In this document: piece after piece, positions 1 through 14,297 of the stretch | Position numbering within the stretch: position 1 is the stretch's first letter | How the letters are laid out: the number at the start of each line of letters is the position of its first letter | From: Eledone cirrhosa | Lineage: Eukaryota | Reading direction: 5' to 3' | Length of the DNA: 64,000 nt | Assembly: GCA_964016885.1 (NCBI GenBank) | Contig: OZ024745.1 | Location: 27,776,001 to 27,840,000 of the forward strand | Notes under the pieces: generated by a model | What the model saw: the letters and a program-made list of their open reading frames with translations, nothing else | What the model was told of the DNA's origin: nothing | Databases searched by the model: none | Position numbers and translations under genes: made by a program

Positions 1-271
1 TAAGTAACTATTTACTGGTTTCTCAGCTTCTAATATTGACGATGCTTCAACACTCATATAAAATTGCCACTACAATTACTACGAGTATTAACTAATGCAA
101 GGATGTGCCATCTATGCATAAATTCTGAACTGATCTACGTAAGTTCTGTGTCAGAGAATTGTCTGTCTGCTTGCGTAAGTAGAATTGGAAACAAACAGGT
201 GATTCTATTGGACAACGAAGCAACATCAAGGACGTACATCGCTCTACCGTAACACTCAAACACACAAACAC

Positions 272-440
<169 letters not shown>

Positions 441-1569
441 GAGATAAATATATATTCTCGCAAAAGCACACGTATATTTAAGCACAAACATATACATATA
501 CAAACACACACTCTCTGTTTCTCTCAAATATAAACATGTATGCAAAAGCACAGCCGCATGACCAAAAAACACTCTCACATCGTAGTGAAAATTACAATTA
601 CTTGTGTTCATTAAAGGCTGTTATTGGCTGAAGATAATTTTATTTATTTCATTATTATTTTTTGGCGTATTTCTTTGTTTTATTAGTTGATGCTGTTGAT
701 GTTATTGTTGTTGCTTGCTATTTACACTTCACGGTTAACTTCAATGCTGGTAGTTTTAGCAATAGAATGAAAACTATGACAATGATGATGATGAAAATAA
801 TGACAAGGACACACAGTATTACAATAACAACAATAATAACAATACTAGAACCAAAACATAAAGGAGAATAGAAAGGAACAGGGAAAGCGGGGTTTCGTTG
901 GGTCCGGCCGTTTCGTGTTTGTAGACACACGTTTATATATAATTCTTTTTTGTGTTTCTGCCAACATCTCGGGGTGGGGCACGGACGGCTGTGTCAGCCC
1001 AGGATTTCTCTAGTTTGATTAATTTGACCGCTTAGGCCAAACATGGGATTTTTCCAAAATGTTCATGTTAAAAAGTTCTGTTCCTTTGCTGAAAATGTAT
1101 TGTTGTTGCTGTTGTTTATTATTGTTGTCAGAGCTGTCGTTGTTTATGTTGTTGTTGTCATTTGTGTTGTTGCGGTGGTGGTGGATGAGTTACTGTTGTT
1201 GTTGTTGGTGTTGGTGGTGTAGTTGGTGTTGGTACAAGTGTCGTTCTTGGAGTGTTAATTATATTTTGTTCTTCCAGTGAATGAGACAGTGCTGTCAACG
1301 TTTTTATAAGCGAGAAGTTAGCTTCTTACTTTTCCCATGCAGTTTTTGTTGTTACTGCATTTGGAAGTGTCTGTATTGGTGGTGGGGAAAGTGGTGACGT
1401 TGGTGGGAAGTGAAATAACAAAATAGACGCAGCTTTAGTCCTTTGGGGGCTAAAGATAGGGGGGTGGGGACAGCCAACTCCCTTCGAAGTCGGTCGTTTT
1501 AAGTACAGGAATGTACAAACATTTCAAACAAAATCCTTTCAGAAACAGGTGAATAATTAACAATACTCA

Positions 1570-2380
1570 TACCGTAGTCTCAGCGGATGCTTGCACATCG
1601 TCAGCCACGGCATGTCCAACTCCCCACGCAAAGATAGTTGGCAGCAGATGGACGCTTGACCAGTGGAACCTGTCCCTTCCACAACTGGAAGAGCAAGTGC
1701 TCCAATCTAATGAAACGTACGACGGTTAGGCGGGAATCGACACGGAAGCGATGTACCGAGCGCATAATCTGAATCGGTTCCGATAGGTGACCATTCACTC
1801 CGACCAACGGGTACATTGCAACGATTCAGCCTCTGATGACGAGATCGAAATCGACTGTCTAGAGGAAAGCCTCCAGATACCGTTGGACCACCCTATCAAA
1901 ATCTTTCAATTTATCCAAATTGATCAGAGCCCCGCCGAAGTCAGGTTTACTCCTTATCCCTAGTATGATGTGGTGAAGGTTGTCATGTATAGACCTGGTC
2001 ATAATTGTGCACGCTTGTGCTTCCCCTGCATTGAACAGAATTATGACCCGGAAATTATCGATTACCTCCTCATCTTGATCCGTCGAATATCGAATTGTGG
2101 GTTTAATGTCACGCTGCGCCTCTGCCACTCGGACCCATCGAACAGCTTTTGTTCTGTCGTATGAGAATGCAAACCTTGAAGAAATGCTCAAGTACCAGTC
2201 TCGCAGCTAGCATGTCGTTTCCAACGCCACTCCTAACCGCCTCCTCTTGCTAAGCTACTAACTCCCTCTCAGCTCTATTTTTGCTGTTGCTACGTATCTA
2301 CAAAGCGTCATTGATTCTATTTTAATTGCTCTCTTGAGAACGCTCCACCATCTGTTGTTGACGACTGCCCATGTCAAATG
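1570..2380 (-). mobile_element. Decayed L1/Tx1-like LINE ORF2 (RT) fragment, internally deleted
   Basis: Minus-strand peptides IDNFRVIILFNA, EAQACTIMTRSIHDNLH, GGALINLDKLKDFDRVVQRYL, VNGHLSEPIQIMRSV and LWKGQVPLVKR resemble L1/Tx1 RT motifs (NFRPITLLN, LDxxKAFDRV). Frameshifted. Ends approximate. Confidence 0.8.
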
Positions 2381-2647
2381 TGGTTAATTAATGTTCTAAT
2401 CTGGATACCTCTCTTGATGTATAGCTAAGTCGACCATGCAGATCACAAATTTGTTGCCTGAGTAAGTGACCTTTTTGCTACCCATATGAAAAAACCTAAA
2501 TACGATCTACATGACCCTATGCGATTGTTCCATGTCCACACTAGCGCATTCGAGAAATCTAGTCAGTGTCTGTCTGAAAAATAGAATCGTCTGATAATGT
2601 TCTTGAATCTTTTGCACGCTCCTCAAAGGTAAACCTCGATTATATCG

Positions 2648-2945
2648 ACCCCATTACTTGACTTGTACTTTATTTTATCGACCCCAGAAGTATGGAAGGC
2701 AAAGTTGATATCGATCAGTTATGAAGCCAGAACGTAAAGAACCAGGGAAAATGCTGCAAAGCAATAAGAACGGATATTTAACATTGGTATAAGTTGGCAT
2801 GACGACTGATTGGTGGAGTTGTTAGTACGTCGGATAGAATTCTTTGTAATATTCGTTCCGGCTCTCTGCTCTTTAAGTTCAAATTGAGCCGATGTCAACT
2901 TCACTTTTTATCCTTTCATGGCCGATAACTAAAGTCCAAGTCCAG
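2648..2945. mobile_element. Two old, diverged SINE remnants head-to-head (- then +)
   Basis: gtactttattttatcgacccc (-) and aagttcaaatt...tttatcctttcatggccgata (+) match the SINE seen elsewhere in the window. Confidence 0.7.
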
Positions 2946-3116
2946 TAGAGGGTTGGGTTCAATTCTTCCTCAATGTCTATGCTGCCCTCATTTGATAAAA
3001 CTTCATTTCTAACAAATTAGGTTTCCTTTTTTGGACCAGAAAACATTAAAACCTTACCAGTTGCTCTTTTTTCTCCTTGAAAAACACAACAGTGTCTCTG
3101 AGGCGATGTTGTTGCG

Positions 3117-3155
<39 letters not shown>

Positions 3156-3213
3156 GCTGCTGCTACTGCTACTGCTGCTGCTGCTGCTACTACTACTACT
3201 GCTGCTGCTGCTG

Positions 3214-3298
<85 letters not shown>

Positions 3299-3331
3299 CG
3301 TACACGCACACACACACATACACACACACAC
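3117..3331. repeat. (CTA)n/(CTG)n plus (CA)n microsatellite
   Basis: Directly visible. Confidence 0.95.
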
Positions 3332-3889
3332 ATGTCACAGTGCCAAGGACATGATTAAAACGCACAGATCTCTGGACGTGTAATTTTACACGTTTTCCTG
3401 TAATCCCCCTATTCTTCTACCTCATCCTCTCCTCGTCTCCTCCTCCTCCTCTTCCTCCTTTGCATCAACATTGCCACCATTATAATTAAAAGAGAAATAA
3501 TTCTATATTTATCATCCTCGTGATCATCATCCTCGTGATACCCATCAGCAACATCAGCACCATTATCCTCTTTTCTTTAAATTACAGGCGAAATAATTTC
3601 CTAGTCGCCACCACCACCTATACAAGCAACACATCACATTCATCATCATAATCATCTTCATCATGAATATTTTTTAAAAATAGTCTGAAGAAGAAATGTG
3701 TTGGCCATAATTTTTGAAGAGAACTGATTGGGTGTAATGTTTAGTCCTGGATTTAGCGGATGGTTGGCGGGGTACATATTAGTGGCAACGAAGGAAGAGG
3801 AGACAGTTCCATTAGAAAAGGACAAGCGGCAGAAAGTATGCAGATTACGGTAGGACTGTGTCAGCAGCAAGGAGGAGCATGCTCGGAAC

Positions 3890-4278
3890 TTCATGCGACA
3901 GGAAGATCAGCGGGTAGGCAGAGGGGGCTCGACTGAGGCAGGCTTTTTGCAGAGGTCACAGCGCAGACGGTTAAATGCATTCCTTATGTCAAGCTTAACA
4001 AAGAGGTGCCTGGCGTCCCTCGATGCCGGTTCCGATGAGCAGCAGTTGAAGAACTGTCTAGCTGCATGTGCGGCCCCCTCACACCCACAATACACGCCGA
4101 CCACTAGTTGCACCGGGCTAAGCTCCTCGCCTAGTTTAGTTGTAATGAACCTGCAAACCTCCTTAGCAGCCAGCCTCCGGAAGACATTGCTCACAGTGAT
4201 AGGGCGTATGTCACCCTCTTTCTTCCCGAGAATGATCAGGCTGGCCGAAAAGAAAAGGCCTCTGGTGTAAGGGTCCAG
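3890..4278 (-). mobile_element. CRE-like (RLE-type) non-LTR retrotransposon RT fragment
   Basis: RPITVSNVFRRLAAK...VQLVVGVYCGCEGAAHAARQF...KLDIRNAFNRLR matches the CRE-type RT pattern RPIAVGxxxRRLxxK / QLGVGxxGGCE / KLDFxNAFN. Confidence 0.75.
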
Positions 4279-4299
4279 TGCAGTACAGTAATGTTTCCT

Positions 4300-4715
4300 T
4301 GATATGTAGCGGTTGTGTTATATACCTGTTAAAATATGTTTCAAAGTTGAAACCTTGATTGAGTTAGTATTAGCCAGAGTTCCAGCAACACTCCGAGTGG
4401 TGCAGTCTCGTAAGAAATTTATGATACAAATATAAGAACCAAATATCCAAAGGTGGGAAACTTAATTACGAATATTTCATACCAGATGAAAGCTTTGCTG
4501 GTATCCTGTGTAACAACAGTGTTGCATCGAAATTGTCATGGTCGAGATACTGTCTGATGAGCACCATAAGTTACTATATAAGCTTCAAATCTGTTGGCTA
4601 CTGAGGAGTGAGAAAGATTCAAGGTTGTAGTGGTGGCGATGAATGTGATTTTTACAGCATCTTTGAGATGTTTGTAGGGAAACCTATTGATTGATTGTTG
4701 GCAAGTTTAGAAATG

Positions 4716-4766
<51 letters not shown>

Positions 4767-5110
4767 TCTACTTATTTATTTATATTTTGATCACCTGCTC
4801 CAGAGTTTTTCATAGACCTCTATATAGAAATATTAAAGTTTGGCGAAATTTACTTGGTTGAAGTGACTGGAATTTTGCAGACGGTTGCAATTGTGTGTAG
4901 GTGATGCTAAGGTGCTGGTGAAATAGATGAAGATTTGGGAAGGTTTTTATTCACATTGATAACAACAAATGCTGAGGCTTTTTCAGTGGACATTGTATTT
5001 ACGTTCTGTACGTCTATGCGTTCTGATTTCAAATCCTGCTGTAGCATACCTTTTAACACCATCAACTGACCCTCGAATGCCTGTGGCAACCATTAAGGCC
5101 AGGATCCTGG
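4300..5110 (-). mobile_element. Highly decayed CR1/Jockey-like LINE RT remnant
   Basis: Minus-strand DTSKAFIWYEIFVIKFPTFG resembles DISKAFDxVWHxxLLxKLxxxG. Many stops; interrupted by (TTTA)n. Confidence 0.35.
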
Positions 5111-5206
5111 CTTAAAAGTAGGTTCTTCCCTCTCTTCCATCAGTTTGAGTTCTTTAAATGTGTCGTGGATACTGCTCTTTCCTCGTTGACAGGAGATTTG
5201 TTAAAT

Positions 5207-5440
5207 CTTCTTCTTCTTCTTCTTCTTCTTCTTCTTCTTCTTCTTCTTCTTCTTCTTCTTCTTCTTCTTCTTCTTCTTCTTCTTCTTCTTCTTCTTCTTC
5301 TTCTTCTTCTTCTTCTTCTTCTTCTTCTTCTTCAGCAGCAGCATCATCACTGCCATCATCATCTCTATCATCATCATCATCACCATCATCCTCATCATCC
5401 CTATCCCCCGCCTCCCACCACCACCGTGATCATCATCATC
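5207..5440. repeat. (CTT)n followed by (CAT)n-rich tract
   Basis: Directly visible. Confidence 0.95.
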
Positions 5441-5658
5441 AGCTATATATCATGTTCTTCTTTTCTCTCCCGAAAGTCATTAACCTGCAGTTATTCAGTG
5501 TGGGCCTCAGCTGCATGAATCCTTAAAAGTGTGGGAGTGATTGTAAAGGTCATCGCTATTAGCAGTTGTCTTTCAACTAGATTATAATAAAATTATCAAC
5601 ATTATCACCAGCACTATCTTGCTCGTCTATCATCACAAATATCCTCGCCATTCTTATT

Positions 5659-5690
<32 letters not shown>

Positions 5691-5715
5691 AAACATCATT
5701 GTCATTATGTTTCTC

Positions 5716-5900
5716 GTGCATTGGCAGTATCGGTAGAGGGTCGGACGCCATGCTTTGACGCACAGTTACGGCCCTTGCCATTCTGAGTTCAAATCCCGCC
5801 GAGGTTAACTTTGCCTTTCATCCTTACGGGGTCGATAAAATAAAGTACCAGTAATACACTGGGTAATTGCTGGCCTTGTGCCAAAAGTAGAAACAATTAT
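5716..5900 (+). mobile_element. tRNA-headed Nin/Deu-domain SINE, short (young) subfamily
   Basis: A-box-like tggcagtatcgg, B-box gagttcaaatcc, core gcctttcatccttacggggtcgataaaataaagtaccag. TSD attatgtttctc at 5704-5715 and 5896-5907. Confidence 0.92.
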
Positions 5901-6032
5901 GTTTCTCATCTTTGTTATAATTAAAATCAGGAATAGTATGAACGTCTTTAATGTTACATCATCATCATGATGAACAGTCAGACCTAGCTGTCGGGGTCCT
6001 GACACTTTTCCTATATATATATATATATATAT

Positions 6033-6107
<75 letters not shown>

Positions 6108-6397
6108 GGTGGTGCCCCAGCATGGTCTCAGCCTCTCGGCTGAAACACGTAGCCGTTCTCTTTATTTTTTTCCTTTCTCATTTTATCCCTTTTTTTCTTT
6201 ATTTTCTTTATTCATTGATCATCTAAGGAATATCTTCACACGGACCATTTATATTTTATTTTATTTTCATCATTTAATCACGCGAAAGTGCGGTGCCCAT
6301 GGCCCTTTTCAGTGCCTCTGAAACAGGAAAGATGGAGAGGAAGAAAATATATCCTTAAACCGGATACTTAACCTTGAACACTTGCAGCAGATTTGAT

Positions 6398-6675
6398 GTA
6401 GCCTTCGATTGCCTTCAGCAATCGAAGGCTACGTAGTGTTGTTAAACTTAGCGACGGTTTAAGTCTACCAGATTGAACTTGGTTAAATGTAGTCTAAGGC
6501 TACGTGATTGTGTTAAACCGAGAGGTGGTTTAAGCCTACCAGATTAAAAGATAAATGTAATCTAAGGCCACATGATGTTATTAAACCGAGAGGCCGATTA
6601 AGTCTACCAGACTGACTCCGTTAAAGGCAATCTAAGGTCACATAATGTTGTTGAACCGAGCGACAGGTTAACTCT
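6398..6675. repeat. Perfect 15-bp-stem palindrome followed by ~3.6 diverged 68-70 bp tandem units (HINE/pearl-like architecture)
   Basis: gtagccttcgattgc-cttca-gcaatcgaaggctac. Units start with aagg at 6426, 6496, 6564 and 6634. Confidence 0.8.
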
Positions 6676-6895
6676 TCATTTCACGTATGTCTCAGTGGGA
6701 TTTGAACTCAGAAAGCAAACAACCGGATTAAATACTGCAAGTATTCCGTTCGACTGTCTAACATTAATGTCAATTGAATTAGTGAAAAGGAGGATAGCTC
6801 CCATTGTCTTTTGCAGGTACTTCTATACTGGTGGGTAGGAAGGGAAGAAGAAGCGACTACCCTTGGGTTATGATGGTAGAAAACACATCAATATA

Positions 6896-7066
6896 TTGGC
6901 AGTATCGGTAGAGGGTAGGATATGCTTTCCAGCATAGTTACGTCCCTTTACGATCTGAGTTCAATTCCCGCCGAGGTTTACTTTGCCTTTCATCCTTACG
7001 GGGTCGATAAAATAAAGTACCAGTAATGTACTGGGATAATTGCTGGCCTTGTGCCAAAAGTAGAAA
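6896..7066 (+). mobile_element. Nin/Deu SINE copy
   Basis: Same consensus. 21-bp duplication gtagaaaacacatcaatatat at 6876-6896 and 7060-7080. Confidence 0.92.
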
Positions 7067-8068
7067 ACACATCAATATATGTAGATATCTGAAACGAATG
7101 TTTCAACTCAGGAGCCAACTAGGGGTAGTACAGTGGGTGGGGTGTTATATCTACTATCCTAGATTATACTAGATGGTACTTGCTTTAAATGGTGGGCTGT
7201 GATCGAACGATGTATCTGCGAATCGAAAATCTTGACATCATGACTAATAAAATATGTATAGGTGTATAGGGCAGAGAAACTGTGCGAAGTTATGAGACGC
7301 TCATACGTTAAAGTAAAAAAAAATGCAAAATAATATTTAAAGCAAAGAAGCTAAACTTTCAGATTTGGCTAAGAAAACTATGTTTCCATTTGTCTTTCCA
7401 TTGATAATGCTATCTATCTGTCGTTTGCAACACTTTGTACAACCGTCATTGCTATTCCTGTGGCATGAGGCAGGATTTGAACTCAGAATGCTCAAAGCCA
7501 GAACAGATACTGAAAGGGATCCAGCCCGATGCTTTACCAAATCGGCCAATCCTGTACTCCTGGCCTGGGACTTTATTTCATTGATCTTGAAAGGATGAAA
7601 TATAAAGTTGATGTTGCTGGGATTTGAGCAGAGTGAGTTAAAACAAATATCCCAGAGCACAATTTCCGGGATCATAACCACCTGATTTGCCGCCTTCCCC
7701 ACAAAAGGAACATAAATATCGCACAATCTCCTGTCCTTCTTAACTGTAAGCTTGAAATCTGTCAAAGTACTCAATAGGTATTTAGTAATTCATATTTTTT
7801 TAATTTCTAGTCGCACTATCCTCCTAACATTAAGCAGATCAAATAAATGTGGAAAACTGTCTCGCGAGAAAAAGCAACCAAATCTCCTTATAATCACACC
7901 TTATCGTTTATAGAACTAAAGGAATGAGACATTTGATAAAGTAGTTCTATATACATTTAGTAGAGGTCCGTGGATTAATGTTTAATTCTTGTTGCTTTAG
8001 TCCACTCAGGTAGTAAAAAGAGGTTTCATTTGAAATAATAAATATTGATTGATTTGATATACATGCAT

Positions 8069-8136
<68 letters not shown>

Positions 8137-8178
8137 CTTGGCAAGCTATTTAGAACACTGGTTTAACCGCTTTACTTC

Positions 8179-8213
8179 CCTCCGAAGAAGAGATATTATC
8201 TCGAAAATTAAGG
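8179..8213 (+). ncRNA. Degenerate minimal hammerhead ribozyme motif
   Basis: cct-CCGAAGAA-gagat(att)atctc-GAAA-at-TA-agg. Core U4 changed to C. Lies in an island between (TA)n tracts. Confidence 0.5.
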
Positions 8214-8372
8214 ACATTTAAATAAATCTAAGGTAAAAGACTAATTGTCAATAATATCTTTTGCATTTGCATTCTTTATTCTATGTCCATACCTGCATTG
8301 TTTTGGCTTTACTATACATATACAAACGTTTATACCTCATTACACAATGCTTCAAGTGAACTATAACTTCCT

Positions 8373-8436
<64 letters not shown>

Positions 8437-8456
8437 TACATAGCGAGAGAGAGAGG

Positions 8457-8560
8457 TATAATCCCGACCGCAGTGCCAAACGGTTTCAGGTCATGTGTTC
8501 AGTTTCAACGGGTAGCTGAACACAAGCCGAAACCGCTAGGCGCCGCGGTTGGGAATATAT
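8457..8560. other. ~100-nt imperfect GC-rich palindrome within (TA)n (foldback/MITE-like)
   Basis: tcccgaccgc/gcggttggga, cggtttc/gaaaccg and tgtgttcag/ctgaacaca pair in nested order. Confidence 0.8.
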
Positions 8561-8629
8561 ATCTATACCCACTCTACATCTCCCCATGCATTGATTACTC
8601 CCATGATTTGTGGTTTCTTCACTCTCAAC

Positions 8630-8670
<41 letters not shown>

Positions 8671-8916
8671 CATTCATTCAACCATTCATTCAATCATTTC
8701 TTTTCTTCTTTTATATTTAATGATATTTTTTCTTCCGGTTTCTCACTTCCTTTATTTATTCAGACCCATCCTTCTTCTTGTTTTGTCCCCTTGGCTATTT
8801 TTCTTTCTTCCTCTTCTTTTATTCTTCCTTTTAATTTTTTTTTCCTCCCTTTCTTTCATCTTTTCTTCATTCTTCCTTTCTATCTTTCTATCTTTTTATT
8901 AATTCTCTTCACTTCA

Positions 8917-9338
8917 GGGCGGTGGTTTGGCAGAATCGTTAGAGCGTCAGACCACATGCTTTGCGACAGTTACGGTCTTTTAAGTTCTGAGTTCAAATCC
9001 CGCCGACGGTAGCATTGCCTTTCATCCTTTCGGGTTCAATAAAATATAGTACCAATCATGTACTAGGTCGACTTAATCGACAACCCCCCCTCCCAAATAC
9101 TGGCTTTGGGCCTCAATTAGAAACCATTATTTCTCTCTGTCTCTCAAAGGGCGGTGAATTGGCAGTATCGGTAGAGGGTCGGATGCCATGCTTTCCAGCA
9201 TAGTTACGTCCCTTTCCATTCTGAGTTCAAATCCCGCTGAGGTTAACTTTGCCTTTCATCCTTACGGGGTCGATAAAATAAAGTACCAGTAATGTACTGG
9301 GTAATTGCTGGCCATGTGCCAAAAGTAGAAACAATTAT
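8917..9338 (+). mobile_element. Tandem SINE pair: older long copy (8917-9130) and younger short copy (9148-9338)
   Basis: Two consecutive matches to the consensus. attatttctctc duplicated at 9126-9137 and 9334-9345. Confidence 0.9.
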
Positions 9339-9589
9339 TTCTCTCATTCTTTCTTTCCTCTATCTTTCTGATTGTTTTCTTTCATCTATTCTTTTCTTCT
9401 TTCATGTACATCTGTTTATCCTTCTTTCATGTACATCTGTTTTCTTCACTCACTTGTTGGACTGGGAATCATGTTGCTATAGTAACATGTCTGGTGCTGC
9501 TATGAAAACAAACAAAACTTGTGTTCAGTTGAAATCACTGTTGACAAAATGTCGAATCGCACTGCCGGTCATGTGGAAGGCAACGACAC

Positions 9590-10340
<751 letters not shown>

Positions 10341-10699
10341 TTATCTCTCTCTCATTTCCTCTCATACACATTCTCTATGCATATATATATACTGTATATA
10401 CATAGGCATGGCTGCGCGATAGGGAGAAACAAAACTCAATACATATATATGAGTAAAACGGTATATATTTTATTATAGTCACAAAGAGGACGTTATATTG
10501 GCAGACTCGCTAGGGCATCGGATAAAATGTTTTGAGGTAGAATTTGTCACGATGTCAATTTTGCCTTTCATCATTCAGGATTCGATAAAATAAAGTATAG
10601 TAGGGGTCAGCACTTCCTTCTCCACCCAGCCCTCCCTTTCCGAGTGTAAACTCAATGAGGGCTCGGCCGAAAAGTAATTCGTCTGTTTTCAAATTTTTC

Positions 10700-11470
10700 A
10701 GTTTCATCTACCACACGACCACTTTTGCAAGGTTCCTTACCTACTTTCTCTATTGTGTATAGTTTGAGGAGGAGCTTGTTGTAGATGGATCTGATTGGGG
10801 TTGTGCATGTCTGCACTTTCCCAATCAGAACATTGACAAGTGCTAACCACTTTGTTAACACCTTGGTCAAAATCTTGAACTCTGCCTTTAGCAGAATTTT
10901 GGGCCGAAAATTATCGATGTGGTTCCCTTTGTTTGGGTGCTTTTTTAAGCAATGTGATCGCTCCACCGCTCACAGATATTCCCCCGTTCTGTTGTCAGTT
11001 ACGGTAGATATCTGATAAGTGGTTAGCAAATAAGTCTGGCATATAAGCATATCTAAACTCGTAAAGCAGCCCATCTAAACCAGGCGATTTGCCCTTCGCA
11101 CAGCCAACCAACGCCCGGTGTATTACAGCAGCTATTTTCGACTTTTCTACCTCCATTGACAAGATGTACGGCAAGCCAACGAGGTAGGCACTGAAATCCA
11201 TTCTCCACATCACACCACTTGTCCAGAACAATTCAACAAAATGCCCTGAAAGGCCGCACAAATCTACTTGGAATCGAGTAATCCTTCAAAGACTGAATTG
11301 TAGCATTATTGCCACGCTGCGACTTTGCCACTCGGGCTTATCGTGCAGTTTTCCTTCCTTCGTGCATAAGTGCCTTAGCAGCCTTCGTGCTTGGCATTGA
11401 AGTATTCATCGAGTGGCAATTTCATCGCGAGGTCGTTGTTTGTGATGCCTTTCTTTAAAACCTCTTTTAA

Positions 11471-11516
<46 letters not shown>

Positions 11517-12120
11517 ATCTATCTCTCTCTCTCTCTCTCTCTGTAATCTACGTCTCTCTGTCGCTTCACTCTCAATAAACTTTGTCGATTCTACTCTACC
11601 CTTTTCAAGGAGAACCACCAAGCATAGTTGTCGATTGCCCCCATCAACACCTGCTTAACTAATTCTCTCAAATGTTATTAACTAAGGAAAGGATATCTCA
11701 GGCGTCTCTTGTGTCACCCTGATATTGGCCAATGTTTTCTCGCAGTATGAATGCACAAGTATCAGTTCTTCGTTCTTCAAAGCTGTGAGGGACTGGCAAT
11801 TAGCATTTTCTGTGTTGGCAAAGCTCACCTTTACCGTTCCAAGCATTCTACCTCGGAGGATGTGGGTTTTGCGCTCCAACACGCACCCAAGGGTTTTTTT
11901 AATGTTTGGTTAAATGGCCTGTTCGACCTACCGTGATTTTGTGCCTATTATTTATTATATAAATGTCTCCTCAATTACTTGTGATGGGATCTGAAAGGTG
12001 ATTGTAGATTTTTTTAATTATTATTAAAGTCTTGGCCTCCCTCACCTGGTCTTCGTTATAGAAGGCCTCTCAAATTATTTGGCCATACTTAGGTAAGATT
12101 TACCGGCTGGTTGAGTCGAC
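10700..12120 (-). mobile_element. Decayed L1/Tx1-like LINE (ORF1 remnant plus ORF2 RT N-terminal part)
   Basis: GKSPGLDGLLYEF, LKKHPNKGNHIDNFRPKILLKAEFKILTKVL, KVQTCTTPIRSIYNKL. Same family as 1570-2380. Interrupted by (CT)n. ORF1 assignment is tentative. Confidence 0.8.
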
Positions 12121-12168
12121 AAACAGCAGCAAACAGCAACATAACAATAGTATGAACAGCAACAAATT

Positions 12169-12201
<33 letters not shown>

Positions 12202-12311
12202 TAACATTAGCATCAACATCAGCAAACATCAACAATAGCAACAACAAATAAAATTAACACGAAGCGTAGATAAGAACAAGAGTACCAATTAGAGAATTAA
12301 CTGTAATAACT

Positions 12312-12500
12312 CTAATTAACATTGGTACAAGACCAGCAATGTCATGGAAGGGGAAGTGTATCAACCCCAGTACGTAACTTTATTTTATCGACCACGGAAG
12401 AATGAAATGCAAAGTTGACCTCGGTGGGATTTGAACACAGAATATAAATAGTTGCAACTAAATACCGCTAAGTATGTTGTCCGACGCTCTACCGATACTT
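12312..12500 (-). mobile_element. Diverged Nin/Deu SINE
   Basis: ctttattttatcgaccacggaagaatgaaatgcaaagttgacctcggtgggatttgaac is the reverse complement of the consensus. Confidence 0.8.
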
Positions 12501-13770
12501 CAAATCCACCGCCATAGAGTCAACTGTAATAACATTACCGTCAACATTAACATCACCGGAAATACCAACAGAGTTGACAGCGTTACTTGTATCAATAGCA
12601 ACAATAAGCCAGCATGGAAACGTCTATGTGGTGGTATAATGCTAGAAATAGAAGCCAAACCTCCCTCTAAAAAAAGGAAGGACGCATTGGATAATGTGAC
12701 AATAAATATACACCATGTTTGAATGTGAGATGAGGTGATCAGTTTGGAACGACATTGATCATAGATTTGTTCGACTAGGGCTGATTTGTGGTGAGACGAT
12801 AACAATAACAACGTGAGTTATCGATGAAACATCTATCTGGTAACAAGACTTGGCAAAAATAGCAGTTAAAACTACCTCACACCACAATCTATTATCTAAA
12901 ACAAGTGGTATTCCTAGTTATACTATACCTGAAAAGTGATAGATAAAATTATTACGGATGGGATGGCTTTAATCATGTCTTTTTGATAAAAAATAATAAC
13001 AATAATATCAAAAACAGCAGCAACTACAGCAACAAAGCAACAACAACAACAACACTGACTGCAGTAATAATAGCATAGAAAACAAGAACAACAACAATAG
13101 CAATAATCACGGTTTCTCATTTAGGCATATAGCCAACAATTTTGGGGGGTAGGGAAAAGTCGGTTAAATAGACACCAGTGCGCTACTCTATTTTAATCAA
13201 AAGTCTTGGGTCAACTCGAGTTTAGGGTAAAAACAAAATAACTTGCACAAAATGCTACAGATTGGGACTGAACTTGGATTGCCATGAATGTGGAGCTAAC
13301 TTCTTCACCATTTGACCATTCTCTGTTCATGCAAGAATGATAATTACAGCAGCAATAATTCCGTGAAAGCAATGACATCAGCAGCAAACTATAGCGACAC
13401 CATCTTATCAAGTAAAACTTGGTCATAATCCAATTTTCACCTCGCTGCCTGAAAACATATTCGCTTCCACACGAAATACAACAACAACAACAACAACAAC
13501 AGCAACAACAACAACAACAACAACAACAGCAACAACGACGGCGACGACAACAACAACAACGACAGTAACAAAACGACGTCAATGATAATAAAATACAAAT
13601 GCTATCTAAATTACAGCAACAACAACCGTTATAGTTAACATTAACAAGAACAACAACGAAAAACAACAACAACGCCGTCAACGACAACAACAACGACGAC
13701 AACAACAACAACGACGACAACAACAACGGTAGTTACAAGATCTGATCAGAATGAAGAATTTGCTTAAATA

Positions 13771-13982
13771 CGAGGTTGGTGGAAAAGTTATAGGCTGAAA
13801 AGTTCATAGGCTGACCAAGATACTCTCATGGAATTAATAAATGAGGTTTATTTTTCAACACAGTCCCTGGAAAGAAACAATGCAGTTCTTAATAAGAAGA
13901 ATTGAAATTAATATATGCAAGATTTCACAGCTCTAGCATTAATTCTTCATATTCAGTCTATGAACTTCTCAGCTTTCTCTCG
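13771..13982. mobile_element. Mariner-type MITE (~200 bp)
   Basis: TIR-like ta|cgagg...ctgaaaagttcataggctgac and cagtctatgaacttctcagc...tcg. Homologous to the copies at 43259, 52206 and 52514. Confidence 0.85.
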
Positions 13983-14297
13983 ATATATGAAGCTCTCTCT
14001 ACAACTCTTCTTCATCTGCATGTAAGACGATAATAAATTAATCTCAATAGATGTTTGACAGTTTCTAAATTACTAACTTACTGTTTTTATTTATCTATTA
14101 TAAATGATAAATAAGTATGATGATATTATCGAGACATCTGATCACGACATTAAATTACGTTGTAGTATTTTGTCTCAAAATTCGACCTCTTCGTTCAAAA
14201 GGTAAAATAATGACCCGGTGTTCGATTTTACCTCTCATATATAAAAGGATCGTAAAGGCGTATATAGTGTCATAGATACAAACGTGCATACACGCTT

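Noticed and set aside
1833-1860. CTGATGA...GAAA hammerhead-like words
   Set aside because: No helix II or helix I pairing; lies antisense within LINE coding remnant
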